Shown: positions 1 to 14,863, numbered from the stretch's first letter. The stretch: 64,000 nt of DNA from Marsupella aquatica (GCA_973895155.1 OZ316898.1:17784752-17848751); one strand, 5' to 3'. The notes: a model not told the origin generated them from the sequence alone. A program made the numbers and translations.

Positions 1-2066
1 ATGAAACAATCACGAAAAACGTCTTTTTTTGAAACTTCTCATAAAACTCAAAACTCAACACCGCCGCGTAGCCCACGAAGCTAGGAGTCCAATACTGAAA
101 GCCGAAATCAAAATCAAAATTCGACGGAAAAGTTATTCAAATTTTGGTCTGGGTGGGTAAAACCTTGGGTAACTCCCTTGTTTTGACCACCTCGGAGAAT
201 AACCAAAATACCCAATACAACCCGTCATCGGAATCGCAATGTGATCGGTGCGCCGCGTTGCTAACTCCAGTGGCAACGTCCTCACCGAAAAAGAACCAAA
301 AAAGTTACTGTTCGGCGGACAAAATCTTTGTGGGACGGCCAAAAAACAGCTCTCTATTTTTTGGGAATATTCCCGCACAGTCCGACAGGTCTCACAGGGG
401 GCCGTTCCCCCTGTCCAAGCGATTAAAATGGAGGGCGGCAGGTCCCGGCATCAAGGAGAACCAAAAGAGGGAAAGAATGGTTTAAAAAATAAAAATAAAA
501 AAAGGCCTTTAAAGGGGGTGATAAGCCCCTTAAACATAATTACGCCTTAAAAACGCGCATCCAGATAGGGTACAGCGATACAGAAGGATGAATACACAAA
601 GGGCCGGGCGTTCAAAGTCGGGGCAGGGCTGCTAAGGGGGTACGCGAGTACCCTCGCGAGTACAAAGAAGTAAGGCAGCCGGCAGGTCGCGTACGCCGTC
701 CCGATCACGAAAGGAGTCCCGGGCGCGTACGCTGTGGGGCGTGGCGCATGGAAGCAGCGGGGTCGACGGGGGTCGGCAGGGCCGCGGGCCGGTGGGAGCC
801 CCCCAGCGTTCTAAGTCAATAGGAGGGGAGGGCGAGGTGCGCGCGTCCCTAAGGCAAGGCAGGGGATGGGGCGGCTGCAAACGCGCCGGCCGGCGCTGCG
901 TAGCACGCCGTTGCGGCAAAAGATAAGTTCGGGCGAGGGGGGGGGAAGGGAATACAGTACGCGGGGCGGGGGGGGGACGCCTCGTAAAATCACAAAAAAT
1001 ACCCCCAAAAATGCTGATTTAATCACAAACAAGGCCAGTTACAAACCTAAACCGCCGCCGTTTCCAATGAGAAAACAATGAGTTACCGACGGGATTTGTT
1101 GCCGAATCACACCGGCGCCGTCTGCAACTCTAGCACTGTAAAAGCTTCCGCCACGTCCCTTCACACCGCGTCAAGTGCCAATCCCGGGCTCAAAATGACC
1201 GCCTTGCCGCGATCAAACCGTTGAGCCGTGGCACTTCGCGTCTCTTCCACCGAGTCGGACGTCACGAAGAGAAACCCGGTTCAGATGAGAACAAGCTCCA
1301 TAGCTTGTGAAAAAACCTGAACACCTCCTCCACTCGTCACATCGCACTCGGTAACAACTCGGCAACAATCAAGCTACCGAAACGACCAGTTCGCTTCAAC
1401 CTTCAACTTGAGCTAAAAATGTGCGATCTCCCAAACACCGCAAGGCTCACACCGTTGAAAAATGCGATCTCTGGTCTCTCCCCCGAAAACCCGTCGAACA
1501 CGAATAAAACCTGAACGACGCAAACTTTGATTCCTCTGCACCACGGATACCGATCAGCGAGTTCTAACCACGGTTAGAAAGCCCTCTCACTAACCTATCC
1601 GCACAGCCACACACATTTGAGTTTCATGTGACGAAACTCCGAATGTACCATCGACAATGAACGCTGGAAGAGACCTGTCATGAAAAAATCTCATCACCTC
1701 CCAGGCATGCTCTGATACCACTTTGTGGGCATAGACGACATTCGCAACGGCAAGCCCATGAACCATCCAACGCACAAGAGTCGACACAGAGAGATACGTG
1801 GTTCACCTCCACATGAGGCTACGTCCACAGGAACACCCAAGAGCTTTACTGCACTCTAGGCCGACCGGCCATACCAAGCATCCACAGCACAAGCTCTCCC
1901 TATCTCTCAACTAGCTCTGTAACAATGAGCCTAAGTTCCACCAGGGTCTGGCATCAGCCCTGACTATATACATAACAACACTACCGCTAACAATAGCTAA
2001 GTCCTAACCCGAGTTAGTCTAACTGTAGTTAGCTCATGAGTCACAAGACTAGAGCAATATCTAACA
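1..2066 (-). mobile_element. 5' part of an LTR retrotransposon (5' LTR 1724-2066, tRNA-iMet PBS 1709-1720); the internal region runs off the left edge and looks non-coding
   Basis: GCTCTGATACCA at 1709-1720 is the reverse complement of the canonical PBS TGGTATCAGAGC. It lies 3 nt from a TG...CA-bounded 343-bp segment that shares the motif GAGATAYGTGGTTCACCT...GGCTACGTCCAC with the solo LTR at 29350. No gag or pol motifs recognised in 1-1700. Confidence 0.75.
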
Positions 2067-2429
2067 TGCATAACTAAGGGTTATTATTTGTGACAAATCA
2101 TGCTCATGTGTTTGTACATGTATCCATGAATTTTGGAAGCAACTTCCCATGGGGGTCCAAAATTGTTACCCCACTTCTTGTAAAACTCCTTTATTGAGGG
2201 GTAGTAAACTGGAAAATAAGGGTACGTACCAACTTATTTTTTAGGTGCCAAATTGGGTTACAACATTTCTGGCTAGGATTTGCTAGGTTCTTTGTTTGCC
2301 ATGAGTCATTTTCGCACCAAAACATTGACCTCCTTCTCCAAAATCTAACCATCTTGTACTCATTAAATCTGACCAGAAAAATTAATAAGAATATTTATAG
2401 CATCTATTCTCTTAGAGTGACTCACATTG

Positions 2430-2604
2430 GAGGTATTTGTTATCTACCCCCAAAATGAAACTTGTTACTTGATCTACCCCTGAGGTCTATGAATGGCCCA
2501 GATCTGAGATCGAAAGGTCCATCAAAGGTCTAGATAGGGGAAAAGTATGGAGGGGGTTGATAAGCAAACTTTTTCCAGAAGGGGGTCTACTAAGCATATC
2601 CCTC
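2430..2604. mobile_element. Mutator-type MITE (175 bp)
   Basis: Perfect 9-bp TSD CTCACATTG at 2421-2429 and 2605-2613. Imperfect TIRs (GAGGTATTTGTTATCTACCCCC; right end reverse-complemented GAGGGATATGCTTAGTAGACCCCC), the right one resembling the left end of the MULE at 57245. Confidence 0.8.
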
Positions 2605-3658
2605 CTCACATTGCTAAAAACAAAAAACCTTCAAAAATATGCTGGTACGTACAATACAGTTCAGCCCCAGTACAGTACAGACCATTACAGTACAGTACGA
2701 AGACGAACGACCAAGATGTGGAATTGCGGGATTGCGGGAACGAACGAAAGAATGAATGAATACCAACAGAGGCGGCGTCAGCTACTTCAACGGCTCTGCC
2801 ACTCCATCTCCTTTTGCGGCGGATGATTCCGTTCCCCTCTTCAATCCTCGGAATGGTTATTTGGAGGGGAGGGCTTTCGCACTTCCGGAGTGAATGCAAT
2901 TGTCGAAGAAAATTGGGAAGAAATCGATTGGATCCGTTTCCTCGCTTCCAGACCACTTCGTCTTCGACAGGATATACAGAATGAGTACCAATCGACTGTC
3001 GGACATTTGAGTGGAGGATTGGAATCCGTCGTCTCTTCCATTCGCTTCCATTCGCTTCCATTCGTCCCTTCAATATCATTTCGTGTCTGATAGGATTCAC
3101 AGAATGAGTACCCATCGATAGCGCGGGGAAATTCCTGAGGGCATTCATGGACTGTTGGAAAATTGAGCGGAGGATTGGAATCCGTCGTTTCTTCGGTTCA
3201 ATTTCGTTCGGTCTTCGATAGGCAAGATGAATGCCAATTTATCGCGTGGGGGATTTTCTGAGGGCGATCTGCTGTTGTTGGAACTCATGGCGAACCTATT
3301 CTGAGCATGGACGAGAGGATAGGAACCGAGTAGTCAGTCTGTGGGAGACAGTGAGACTTACTACTACTAAAGCAGACAGAAATTCGCTTCGCTGGAGAAG
3401 AATGGAGAGCATGGTACGAGAGGATTAGAGAATGAGGAGCATTGGTTCGGATGAAGGACATCGTTGAGATCGCTCCCGCTCCTTCCTTAGCTCCGGGCTC
3501 TCGGGAGGCTAACTGTCCAATCTCCAATCGATTTACTTTCGATCTCGCGATTTTGTCCGAATCTTGTTCTTTCCCGATTTGGGTTTTTAAGGAATTGGCG
3601 CAATAGGAAAGGAAACGAGAGAACTGGAGAGGAGAGTAGAGGAGAGGAAAGGAAAGGC

Positions 3659-6600
3659 ATGAGTGGTTGGGGCAGGAAGCGGGCAGCAGGAAATGGGATC
3701 ATGCAGCAGCAATCCCAGGTGCGGCAAGGGTCATCGTTCTGGACATGTCCTGGATGCAACACTGCTGTGCACACCGCTCTGATGGCATTCCACATCTCTT
3801 CTTGCCCAGTGGTAGCCGCCGACGAGGTTGCTGCTCCCGTAAAAAAGGCGGCGAAACCTCTCTTTCCTGATCGTCGAGAGCGAATTGATGAAGGAAAACA
3901 ACGAGAGGACCAGGGAACCGGACAGAGTACTCCCCTGGGGAGTCCAGAATTCACAGGTGCGAGGAAGCGGAATGTGTCGGTGAGGGAGGAGGACGAGGAG
4001 GATGAATTGTCAATTATGCCCCGAGGTAGTACTCGACCTATGAACGGCCCTGAAGAGGTCTGGGATGAGAAGGAGGAGGATGTGCTCCAAGAAGAGCAGC
4101 CGCTGACTGGTAGAGCGCCTTCTTCTTCCCATCTTGCCGTTGACGTTGGCATTAAGGGCGACAAATTCTTATCAAGTCCACACCCTGAAACGCCGATTCA
4201 GGAGGGAAGAGAAAGGATTGGGCTTGATGTGCAAATGACGGTTTTGCCTGCTTCACCACCAACAGAGGTGAGGAAGAGGCTGTTTGAGGACTGGGGCGAC
4301 CAGTTAAGTCCAGAATCACCCGAGTGCGTTGTGCAGCATTCTCCTTCCCCCAGTGAGGATGCTGCTGCTGCTGACTCTCCATCCTTGGTAAATCCACAGG
4401 CCAAGAGGCCTAGAGTAGCAGAATTTAATAGGGATGAGAGCCGGGTGGTGGTTGATTTGGGGTTGAGGGATTCGGGCAGTACAGGCGGGGATATGGCAGA
4501 AGGGGAAACTCTTCCTTACCTCGGTAGCGTCCACGACTCTCAGGAGGAACAGCATGAGGAAGCGGTTTCACTAGACCTTACTGAGAAAAGTCCACAGGAG
4601 CTCGAGAAGATACTAGAAGCCGATCAGAAGCTGCAGGCTCGTAATTTTTGCTCGCTTCAAAGAGCAGCTGAAATTCAGGGTGGCAACAGAATCGGCGATG
4701 GTTTTTCCCAGAGAGAATTACGATTGGAGAATGTCATTCGAGAGTTGAAAGAACAATGCTCTGGGGCGTTGCTCAGGGAGACTAAGTTACAAGAAACTTT
4801 GGATCTCAAGAATGAGGAATGCGAGAGATTGCAAAGACGTGAGCAGGAATTGCAGAGCGAGATGCTGTCCCTGAGGGGACAGCTCGAGAACACTTTGCAA
4901 GAGTTGAGAGACATAGTCGACAGGGGAGAGCAGAAATCAGCCAACGAGATTCGTAGGCCTGAACAATCAGCCACACAGGTATACAAGGGAGATGAGTCAA
5001 TGGCAACGCAACTCCTGTCACAAACCTCAAACACTCCTGCTTCTTGCAGCAACAGTCCCAGATTAACAAAGGACGACTTTGTCATCACTAGAGTAAGTTC
5101 TGTAAGCTCTCAGAATCTCATGAAGGCACACAATCAAGTAGATATTGCCAATGAGGAGCAAGCTACCCAAGTGCTCTCAGATGGCTTGGACGAAGGTGGT
5201 GAGAATTCTCAGGCCTCCGCAGAATTTAGAAGGGTCAGTGGTTCACGTACCCGTCCATCTGACGTAGAACCCGGAGAGCCTTTTGTCTCATTAAGGGCTC
5301 CACAGAGCAAGGTTGACGAGTTTCTCGCCCAGACATTATATGAAGGAGGGACAGAAACCAACAAGAAAATTTTGAACGACGAGTTTTCGAGCCCTCTGCC
5401 ATGTTCCATGAATGCAGCGGCTCTGCTTGCTCCCCACACTCCAGGCAAGGCTCTTTTGAAGCCTGCTGGCCAGCATGAAGAGAGAGATACATTTGGAGGT
5501 CAAGACAGTTGCAATTTGCATACTATGGGCAACCAACGAACAGAAGTAACTCCGGGGGCAGGACCCAAGACACCTGAAAATTTTGCTGTCATGCTGGGGG
5601 GACACGAGAAGGGTTTAATCAGTGACTTGCTCGATAGCTTCCCTCCTGCACAGGGAATAGAAACTCATGTCGGTATTGATCCATTCGATGACCATTTTCA
5701 AGAGACTGTGAATGAAAGCGCTTCAGAACCAATGCAGGAGGATGGACAGAAATGTAGGAGTGATGGAGTTGACGACAAAATTAGACTTCACCATGAATGG
5801 CTTGATGAGTGCCAGCCTCCTGCATCGCCCCAGGCTTCTCAAAATAGTCAACAAGAAATCACAGATGAGATTGCGTCGAAAAAGAAGAGACGGAGGCCTG
5901 CTTTGGTGATCGATTCAGACAGCGACAAAGACACAGATTGTCCCGATCCGATCGTTGAGATCCTGAGGACGGACAGGCAGCTCTTATCATGCTCCTCTGT
6001 GAATGTCATTTCGTCAAGTGGCGAAGAGGAGGATATCGGTGAAGGCTCTGGAGGAAGTGGTAAGAAGGGGAAGCGAAGGAGGCTCATCAAAGTCCAGGAA
6101 TCACCAGACAGGACCAAAACCTTTCCACCAGATCCCGACTCTGAGGGGACAAAGGACACCGGCGCAGGGGAGTTAAGAAGAAGTAAAAGGTTAAGAAATG
6201 TGGGACGGAGGGGAGGCTTGGGTACAAATGGACAGGGATCGCTTGCCAAGCCTCATGTCCTCGATGATGATGACGAGGTTGTAGAGATAGGTTCTGATTC
6301 GTCTGATGGCGACCTAACTGGATCAGTTCACAAGCCTAGGAAAGATATAGCTAACCAAAAGCATAGATATTCTGGAGCTCAGAGGGCTCTTTTTGTTAGT
6401 AAACAGGATGTTGAGGATGAGGAAATCGATGAGATTGAAAGTGACGATAGTGGTTTCATTAACGACGATCAGGAGTCGGATGCTGACGGAGTTGATGAGA
6501 TTTCTGATTCTGGTGAAGAGAGTGAGACTGATGGTTCTTCACGTAGCAGAAGCTCATCAGAGGGACGCAAAAAGTACAATTGGGACCTTGAAGGTGATAT

Positions 6601-7098
6601 GCTGGCGGCCCTGGGAAAAGATACAGAGCTATGCTTGAGAGGTTTGTGCGCTATATATCGTCGACAAGAAGAAGACGAGAAATATTCGGCGTCATCAAAA
6701 TATAGAAACAAGCGTGGCTTTAGTACATTCCACTCAGCAAGGTACACTGACTATCCTTTGATCAAATTTCCCACCATGCTAAGCAAGCTCTCTGCCCATT
6801 GTCCTACTTAGTTTGTGTTTGTAGAGGAAAATCTCAGGATTTGTGAAGGATGGTAGGAATTACTCACCTGACATTGTAATCTGAATGCAGGGCTTCAGTG
6901 ATTGCAAGCTTCCTAATGGGAGATACAAACGTTGGACCAGTGGTGAAAACTGTGAAGGAGCTCAAGGAGGGATTCGGTGAGGTTGCCGTGACATACTGCT
7001 CGGACATGTGCAATCACTACTCAAAGCAGCTTTTTGAAATCTATCTGAACAACGAAGATCCTTACTTCCCTGAACCTTATACCGGCCCAATAGTGTAG
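3659..7098 (+). CDS. Large low-complexity/coiled-coil protein with conserved plant-specific C-terminal domain; exons 3659-6741 and 6891-7098
   Basis: 1050-codon ORF. The GT-AG intron 6742-6890 joins it in frame to the 6898-7098 ORF. The C-terminus WDLEGDMLAALGKDTELCLRGLCAIYRRQ...NKRGFS...YSKQLFEIYLNNEDPYF resembles an uncharacterised conserved plant domain (recognised by eye). N-terminal CxxC...H...C motif, central coiled coil, basic NLS-like patches. Confidence 0.85.
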
Positions 7099-7823
7099 AA
7101 ACAAACGAGGCAACGGTAGTATGTACATACCTGGTAGGACATACAAAATTTTGCTAGACAGTCAGGGTTGTTCTTATGGCCGTGACTGGAGATGACATTT
7201 TGGTGTAATGAAGAGTCAGATGCAAACCTGGAAAAAATTCTCCTTGCATGAGTTCATCACATCTTTTCTCGAATTATAATGGGTTGCGGAATTTGTTTAC
7301 TGTAGGTGTAGGTATTACTAGGATCGGCATATCATCAGTGAGTAGTAAGTAGTGTCTTCGTAAATATTAGCATTAGATTTCGACTACTGGGTTTGTGTCT
7401 TAGCAGGAGTCGCCTCGTGATCTCTCCATGTGGGGAGCAACTGTGGTACAAGTAAGAGTTCTCTGTCGATGTTTTGAAGAGCTTGTCTTCTGATAGATAG
7501 CCGAACATTTCGACGAATTAAGAGGGCCCTGTACTGTGTATAGTCACTTGGCTCGTGATCCATGGAAGACGTCTGACCATCTCTGTCCATTTGACTTCTA
7601 CTAAAATTTCATAGAATCCTTTCATGGAATGATAGCAAGATGGCGTTTTCGTGCTTATAACTTGCAATTTCTTGGGTATGCTACATACTACTGCGTAATA
7701 TTTCTCTTTTGAGAAAACGTCTGAACGACGTTGAGCATGAAAGCCATCATTAGGCACAGAGATGTATGAACGAGAGAAGAATCAACCAGATCCCAGCTAC
7801 GCGATCAGATTCCAGAATTTCAA

Positions 7824-8210
7824 AATTGTGCTGCAATTGTATTGAAAACCCTGTAAATATAGTTCAGGAGATAATTTCCACAAAATACTAATGTATGTAA
7901 GGTGGAGGTTCTTTTCTTCGAGCAGCGCATATGGAACAGTTCCCTTTGGTGATGAAATAAAAAATTGACTTACAACCTGTATTGTAAAATAATTAGAAAG
8001 GACGTGGTTTCAGGAAATTGTGCTGCAATTGTATCGAAAACCCTGTAAATATAGTTCAGGAGATAATTTACATAAAATACTATGTATGTAAGGTGGAGGT
8101 TCTTTTCTTCGAGCAGCGCACATGGAATAGTTTCATTTGGTGATGAAAATTTTAAAAATGAATTCAACCTGTACTATAAAGAAGGAGTAAAGGACGTGGT
8201 TTCAGGTTCA
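7824..8210. repeat. Tandem duplication, ~192-bp unit x2
   Basis: AATTGTGCTGCAATTGTAT..AAAACCCTGTAAATATAGTTCAGGAGATAATTT repeated at ~7824 and ~8016. Confidence 0.8.
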
Positions 8211-8442
8211 GTTATGTAAATATTTACCTCTGTTTTCACGTTTCTCCCCTCCTCTGATCCAGGTCCAACCCAATCCAGCTGCAATATGTAACGTAGATGT
8301 AGTAGGAGGATTAGGAGGGTTTCCCTGCAGGTAAACGATGTAGTAGGAGGATTTCCCTGCCGGTAACCACAAGTGTTAATATATGGTGTGCACTCATTGA
8401 TTTAAAACAAATAATGGTAATCAAATGTTATAATATATGGTG

Positions 8443-8817
8443 GAACTTAAAGTCGGGATAGACACAAACATTTGAAGGGACAACCCAGATGGACACAGCC
8501 TGTTGACACTGTAACACCAATGAGAATGACACTCAAAATGGATTACAGGTGTCTTATGAATGGAAGCTAACCAAGATTTAGACATTACGTTAAGTACATT
8601 TAACTTCCTCCGTTGCTCCTGCGTGGACAGACTACGGGAAGAAACAACCAAAAACTTCCTGCTCCCGGTCAGACAGCTCCTTACAGGTCACCATTGGAGC
8701 ACAAGTGAAAAGCATGTTATACATGCACAATCTTAGGTTTGTTATGTGTCCATCCAGGTCATGTTTGTCCATTGGGGTTTGTTCTCAAACTTTTGTTACT
8801 ACTTTGGCTATAAGTTC
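8443..8817. mobile_element. Mutator-type MITE (375 bp) related to the 48453 MULE
   Basis: Ends GAACTTAAAG... and ...CTATAAGTTC, flanked by the direct repeat ATATATGGTG (8433-8442 and 8818-8827). Internal GATGGACAC/GTGTCCATC motifs as in the large MULE TIR. Confidence 0.8.
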
Positions 8818-11800
8818 ATATATGGTGTGCACTTATTGATTTAATTAGTTCGTGGACCCCTTGGCTAATAAAATCAGGGGGAAGAATCGATCTGAGCCGT
8901 CTCCATTTCTTATCTCCGGAAATCTTGTCCGTCCATCATAATGGCCAATCTATGGCTCAAAAGAAAGATCTCAAATAGATCTATGGATGGGTTCTGTCCG
9001 TTTTGCAAATGGGTTAATATTTTTCAAATGAAAAATTAAACAAATCCAAGCCTTCCTAGCCATCGATTTTGTTGATTTTACGATCTTTGCCGTCCATTTT
9101 GTAATGCCTCTAGAAATCTTATTCATCCATGTTAGAAGGCAATCTAGGGTGCAAAAGAAAGATCTCAATGAGATCTACGACTGGGTATTTTTTGTTTTGA
9201 GAATGAGTAAATAGTTTCAATGAGTATAAAATTCGATAAACTTTCAAGATTCCAGCCATTCCTCCTCCCCCATCCTGGGTTTCTATGTGCTCTTCCCAGC
9301 ATTAATGGCCGTACAATACTAGAGGTCCTTACATACCGGTAGTTGCGGTTTAACAAGGAAGTTATCAAGTTAGTTATTAGTCATTATTTATTATATGAAA
9401 AATACTTTTTATAAATCTTTGAATTTAATTTTAAAATTGGAAATGTAACTAAAACGGTTACATAGTGACAGTTTTAACCGTCTTGCTCTTTGCATTTCCA
9501 ATGTTTTTACTTTTCTTTTTACGGCACGGCGTCCCAAAATTTACACCCAAATTGACACAAACACAAATGAAAACTATAAGTTTGATTCACAAAACCGATG
9601 AGTCTTGTTTGTTGCGGTTGTTGTTGACGTGGCACGCTGTGGTGCCAGGAATTTTGGAAGGGACCTCTAGTGGGGTCCGTAAAGAAAACACAAGGTTTAT
9701 CATGGTATGGAGTAATGTTGTATACAATGTATATGTCATATTTTGATGTGCAGTTAGAGAGACCCATAGGATTTTGTGCAATCAAAATTGTTACCTGTTT
9801 TACTGCAATCCATAGTGAAGTGACTTTTCCAGTGGATTGATCAGATCAAATTTGTGCAAGCCATTTACCAATAGGAGTAAGATATCTTGTAGTCAATTCT
9901 TCCAATGGGACAACCTAAAATGATGCTCCCACAGCAGCCCGTGACCCATCCAGCCCCACTGGACTACGGCACCTTTTACACATTCATGCGTTGACACCCT
10001 TCTCATTCAACAACTTTTCAAGAGCAAACTGGGACCTTCAATATCTCCCTAGATTTTCAATGGAATTTGAAGCTGGCTTGAAGCAGCTTGTAACGATCTT
10101 TCCAACCAGTCTACTATTTCCAGTTCCAATAATTGAGAGTGATGAATTTCAAAAGATTACTCCATTGCTCAATGCACTTTTGTTGCACTTCTGATTATTT
10201 TTAAGCACCAACTTTGATATTCACTATCTCACTCAATATCCAATGAGATTTTTTGTCAACTTGTATGTGAAATTTGTCAACCTGTGTTTCTTTGACATAG
10301 AGGCTGCATTTGGTGTCAACATATATGAGATTGTGGGTTTTTTAGAGAGTGTTTGGAAAGATATTTCCAATGAACTTAGTATAGTCAAGTTTTATTGAAA
10401 ATTGTAAGACCTATAAATTTCCAAAGGTGGCTGTCTCATGTTTTTGCCACATTTCACTTATCAGTTTAATATGTACTCTATAAGTAGAAAAGAGTGTTTT
10501 GCTACAATCCATGAGGGTACAAAAGTTTATCCAAGCATTTAGGTAAATGTGGAGGTTTATCCACGCTTCAATTTTGGGGCAACCATTGAGAAAACAATTT
10601 GAAGATCTTAATTGAGTGGATGAAAGTGGAAATATGAATGTACATTGAGAGAAATGAAGTGAGAATGCACTATGTACGTTATTATGTCAGTAGCAAAACT
10701 ATTTCTTCATTAAAGTAGAGTTGCATACCGAAAATAGTTTAATGAAAAAATAGTTTGCCTCTGACATGAAAGTGTACATAGTGCTTGTTTGTGAGTCATC
10801 CTTCATCCTTGCTCTCTCTCCCATGTCTGTTCAAGCCCTCTTGGCCACCTCTGTTTTCTTTTGTCATTTTTCCTGTTATTTTATGTCACTCTATTAAGTC
10901 AATAAATGTATGAAGGTGAATGTTATTGTTCCCAGACTTTTCATGGCAGCTGCCAGATTTTTTATATATAATTACCCAATTAATATTTTGTCCCCTAGAA
11001 AATTTGGAAATCATTTCTTGCCTCATGGGACAGACACGAATCAGAAGTCAAAACAATAATATTAGAGGGTATATTTGAGTATACTAGCCTGAATACCCCC
11101 ACATATGCAGAGGAAAGGCTGTATCCAGACTCCCATGCCATCCCTACTCTCAAGCATAGTCTACAGATTCAGATTTCCTTTTATGAGATAAATCACCACC
11201 TATGGCTTTACTCTAAGGAGTAAGTCATTAACAAGACAGTGGACTTTGATTGCAGGTTATAGTAAAGATGTGAGGGTCTAGTGCAAAATTTTGGAGCTTG
11301 ATTAAATTAATACCTTAACCAATGTATACATCACACTGCCAAAGAATTTTTTTTGTCAAATTAGGAGACAAGGTAGCAAAGACAGAAGACCCAATCAATA
11401 GAGGGGAGAAAACAAAAGAAAAACCCCAGGAACACCAGAGGGCCTGAAAGATAGTAGGGTCCCAATAGAGGGGAGAAAGCAAGAGAAAAACCCAGGAAGA
11501 CCAAAGGGCCTAAAAGATAGTAGGGTCCCTCAAAAGGGCAAGGAACTAAAAGGCGGTACTCAGGAGTAAATTGAGCCTGGCAAATTAAGCTGGGCTTTAA
11601 ATGGCATAGGAGGGTCATGAAGTAGTAAACCGCATACTAGGGTCATGAGGGAATAAATCACACAAGAGGGTGATCATGAGGAATTTATCTCGAGCCTCTA
11701 AAACCAACAGCCTCTGCCTATAGTGAATTTGTGATGCCTCTCTAGACACCAGCCATGTCAAAATGACACTGAAAACTGAGTGACAGTACCTTAAACCACT

Positions 11801-12376
11801 ATTAGCCATGACAAAAACCTAGTTACACCAGGTTTCACCATAAATGATATCCTTTCCTGAATTTGTGCAACAATATGGGAGAGGAGAAGAATGGGAGGAA
11901 AGTGAAAAAAGGAGAAGGCTAGCACACTTCCCCCTTTTATATGGCTAGTGGCCGTTTAATTAACCCCTTTTATATGGCTAGTGGCTGTTTAATTAAGAAA
12001 CCAAAAGGGCGTATCAAAGCATAGTTGTAATTCAATTACGGCTCAGGACATAAAATGCTCTTACAACCATGACAAAATCTCTGTGGGCTACCAAAATACT
12101 TATCTCATAAGGGTGATACAGCCGTAACACTTTTGTTATGGGCATTAAGGGAGAAATTTGACACGCCCTAATGTCTTATATGAGCCAGAATATGAGCTTG
12201 CTATTGCTTGGGCCCACAACTACAGTGGTGGTGGGGCTTTTGCATTTGAGCCAAGTTCCAAGCATGGCAACGCCGCAGCTGAATCAAATTAGAATCCTCC
12301 CAACTCCAGAAACCTTCCAAAGTGCAGTATAGGCTATTGGGCTGGTTTTTCCTACGCATCAGCAGCTGAAGCGGCC

Positions 12377-14863
12377 ATGGCTGTCTTACGGTCTCCGCCT
12401 CCGCTGCTGATCCTCAAGCCCTCTTCTTCTGCTCCTCTCGTCTCCCATGCGGCCACCCAAGAATGCTTTAGCTCCCGAATCGAACCACAGAAGTCACAGC
12501 TTGTTGTCCATTCTCATCATCCTAGATTCAAGATTGAGGGCCCCTCTTCGTCTTCTCCTTCTCCTTCGTTTTCTGGATCTTGTCTTAGCCCGAAGAGCAG
12601 ACGGTGGCGTAGCTCATCAGTGATATGCAGAGCTGCAGCTGGGCGAGAGGCAGACGATGGGAGCACCAGCAGTGGTGGCAGTGGCAGTGGGGATGGAGGA
12701 GGAGGATTCGAGGTGGACAAGGCACTGGAGGGAGCACTACAGAGCGATGAATCGAAGAACTTATTGGACAGCTTGGCTGAGAAGGTGCTACAAGATGAGG
12801 AGTCCAAGGCCCTGCTGAAAGAATTCGCCACAGCGGCAGAGAGGGTGGCAAGAGCGAAGCAGGAGCTCGAGTCTATCGATCAAAGGGAACGAGATCTCGC
12901 AGAGATTGTGTCTCAGATGATGAACAAAGCCGATGAGGAGTCCGAGATTGCTGCTTTGGTGAGCGTTGGTCCTCTAGTGTAGCTTACTTCCATGAATCCC
13001 AGCTTTCCAATTTGCTTTGGTAAGCATTGCTCCTAATTATGGTGTAGCTTACTTTCATGAATTCCAAGGTTTTTTTAAATTGAGGGAATAAATCTAGCAG
13101 ACAGTGGAAAAAAACGTGAGAAGGAGAAGTTTTCATGAATTAGCCTGTGTAGTTTGGGGGATTTTTTGGGGAGGTTTTTCTTTGGGGTGGGTTTCGTTTG
13201 TTTTTGTTTTGTTTTATTTCCCCTGTTATTAATTCAGGCTTTCTGAATGTTACTCGGGGCCCTGGTCTTGGGATGCAAAATAGAGTATCATGCTGATTTC
13301 CACGAGCTCCAATTTTAAAGATCCCCCCCACTGAAGCAATTGCCTGTATCATCGTCAGTCACTTTAGAATATAGGAGTTCTGGGCAATTTCACAAGATTT
13401 GGGGAATTGAAGCTTCCCTCAACTGATCGGACTTTTCCTCTCCTTTTGGTCGTTGAGAGGTTGAGCTTGTTCTGAGAAAGGCTCCTGCGGTCACTGCCTA
13501 CCATTCTCAACACCCACATTGTATAATATAGGATATTTCCAGGATCACGATCGTGTCGGATAATTGCTTTGGGCAGGTCCTACAATGCGATAGGCGTATA
13601 TCATAGCTGATCTTTTTCATTCTCTGCTTAAATTTCTGTGTTTGACGATTCAAAGCTAATTCGTTAAATTACGGAGCTGCACTCAGACGAGAGATGTTCT
13701 TTTCTGACGTACTGTCAGTGGCCAGTTTGATGCAGTGAAACGTCTGGTTGGAACGTCTGGTTTTCTTCCCTTTTCCTTGGAAAGTCTAAGCAGCGATTCC
13801 ATCTGAAGACTTGTTTAATTTTGTTAGGAGACAGTATGAGCCACGTCAATTCTAAGAACAGAGTTTTTCAGAAGATTCAAAGCTTCATTCGTTTGTCAAG
13901 ACTCTGATGGTGTGCTCGCGTGTTTCTTGTCCTATGAAGATATCAGAGAGTGAACGTGCTGTCCTTGAAGCAGAAGAGGAACTAAAAGCTGCTGAGCTAG
14001 CTCTTGTCACGGCTCGAGCAGGGGGCTCTGTCGCCAATCTAAGAAAGTGGGAGAGTTATGATATTGATGAGGATCTCGAACGCATAGAATCAGGAAAAGC
14101 TGCTGCAGTCTCAGTTGTGGCTGGCACTATTGCAAGCATTCCATTCTATCTAAATGGGGACAACCTTGGAGTTGGATCTTTGCTCAGCATTGGAGGAGTT
14201 GTAGTCAGTTGTGCTCTGTTCGGAGTAACTTATCGCTACATTTTGAGGCGAGATCTCGGAAATATCCAGCTGAAGTCAGGGGCAGCTGCTGCGTTCGCTC
14301 TAGTTCGGGGTAAACTGACCACCTTTCCTCTCTGGTTCCTACCCAATTTTTGTTTTCTTCTCTCATTCATCCATGTTTGGACCTGAAGGTTACATTCATA
14401 TGTAACAAGCTCCTTCTTTGCTGGTCTATCTTAAAAGCGCCAGCATACGTCCTATTGCATGCATCTACTGAGTGAGGGGTTAACTGTACAAAAATTGACG
14501 TAAAGCTCTTCAAGATTCACTAGTCCTCCTCTTCTTCTGTTATTTATATGATGAGTGTCCAAGTGAGTTGAAGTCAAGTGCCAGGGAACAAATTGTACTT
14601 TTGTTGTATCTCCGGTTTCTCCGGATAAGACTATATTGGCTACTAGTCTCCATATTGACGTGACATTTTTAATGTCTGCAGGGATTGGAGAAGTCGATGC
14701 CATCCAGCTTCAATTTGGATACCCAGCACAAGGTGCAGATGAAGTGTTTTTAGCAGCACTGCATGCTGTACAGGGATTTCTAATTTTTGGGTTTTCTGCC
14801 CTAGCGTTGGACTACTGTTTGAGGGAGGCACTTTTAAGCCCATTTCCTTCAGAGAAATCTTAA
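12377..14863 (+). CDS. Plastid-targeted membrane protein (transit peptide, coiled coil, C-terminal TM domain); exons 12377-12958, 13940-14309, 14682-14863
   Basis: Ser-rich N-terminus ending VICRA resembles a transit peptide. Phase-compatible GT-AG introns. The motif ERIESGKAA...SCALFGVTYRYILRRDLGNIQLKSGAAAAFALVRG is typical of a conserved plant/cyanobacterial uncharacterised membrane family. Confidence 0.85.

Noticed and set aside
133-1081. Short GC-rich ORFs
   Set aside because: No recognisable motifs; they lie in the non-coding interior of an LTR element.
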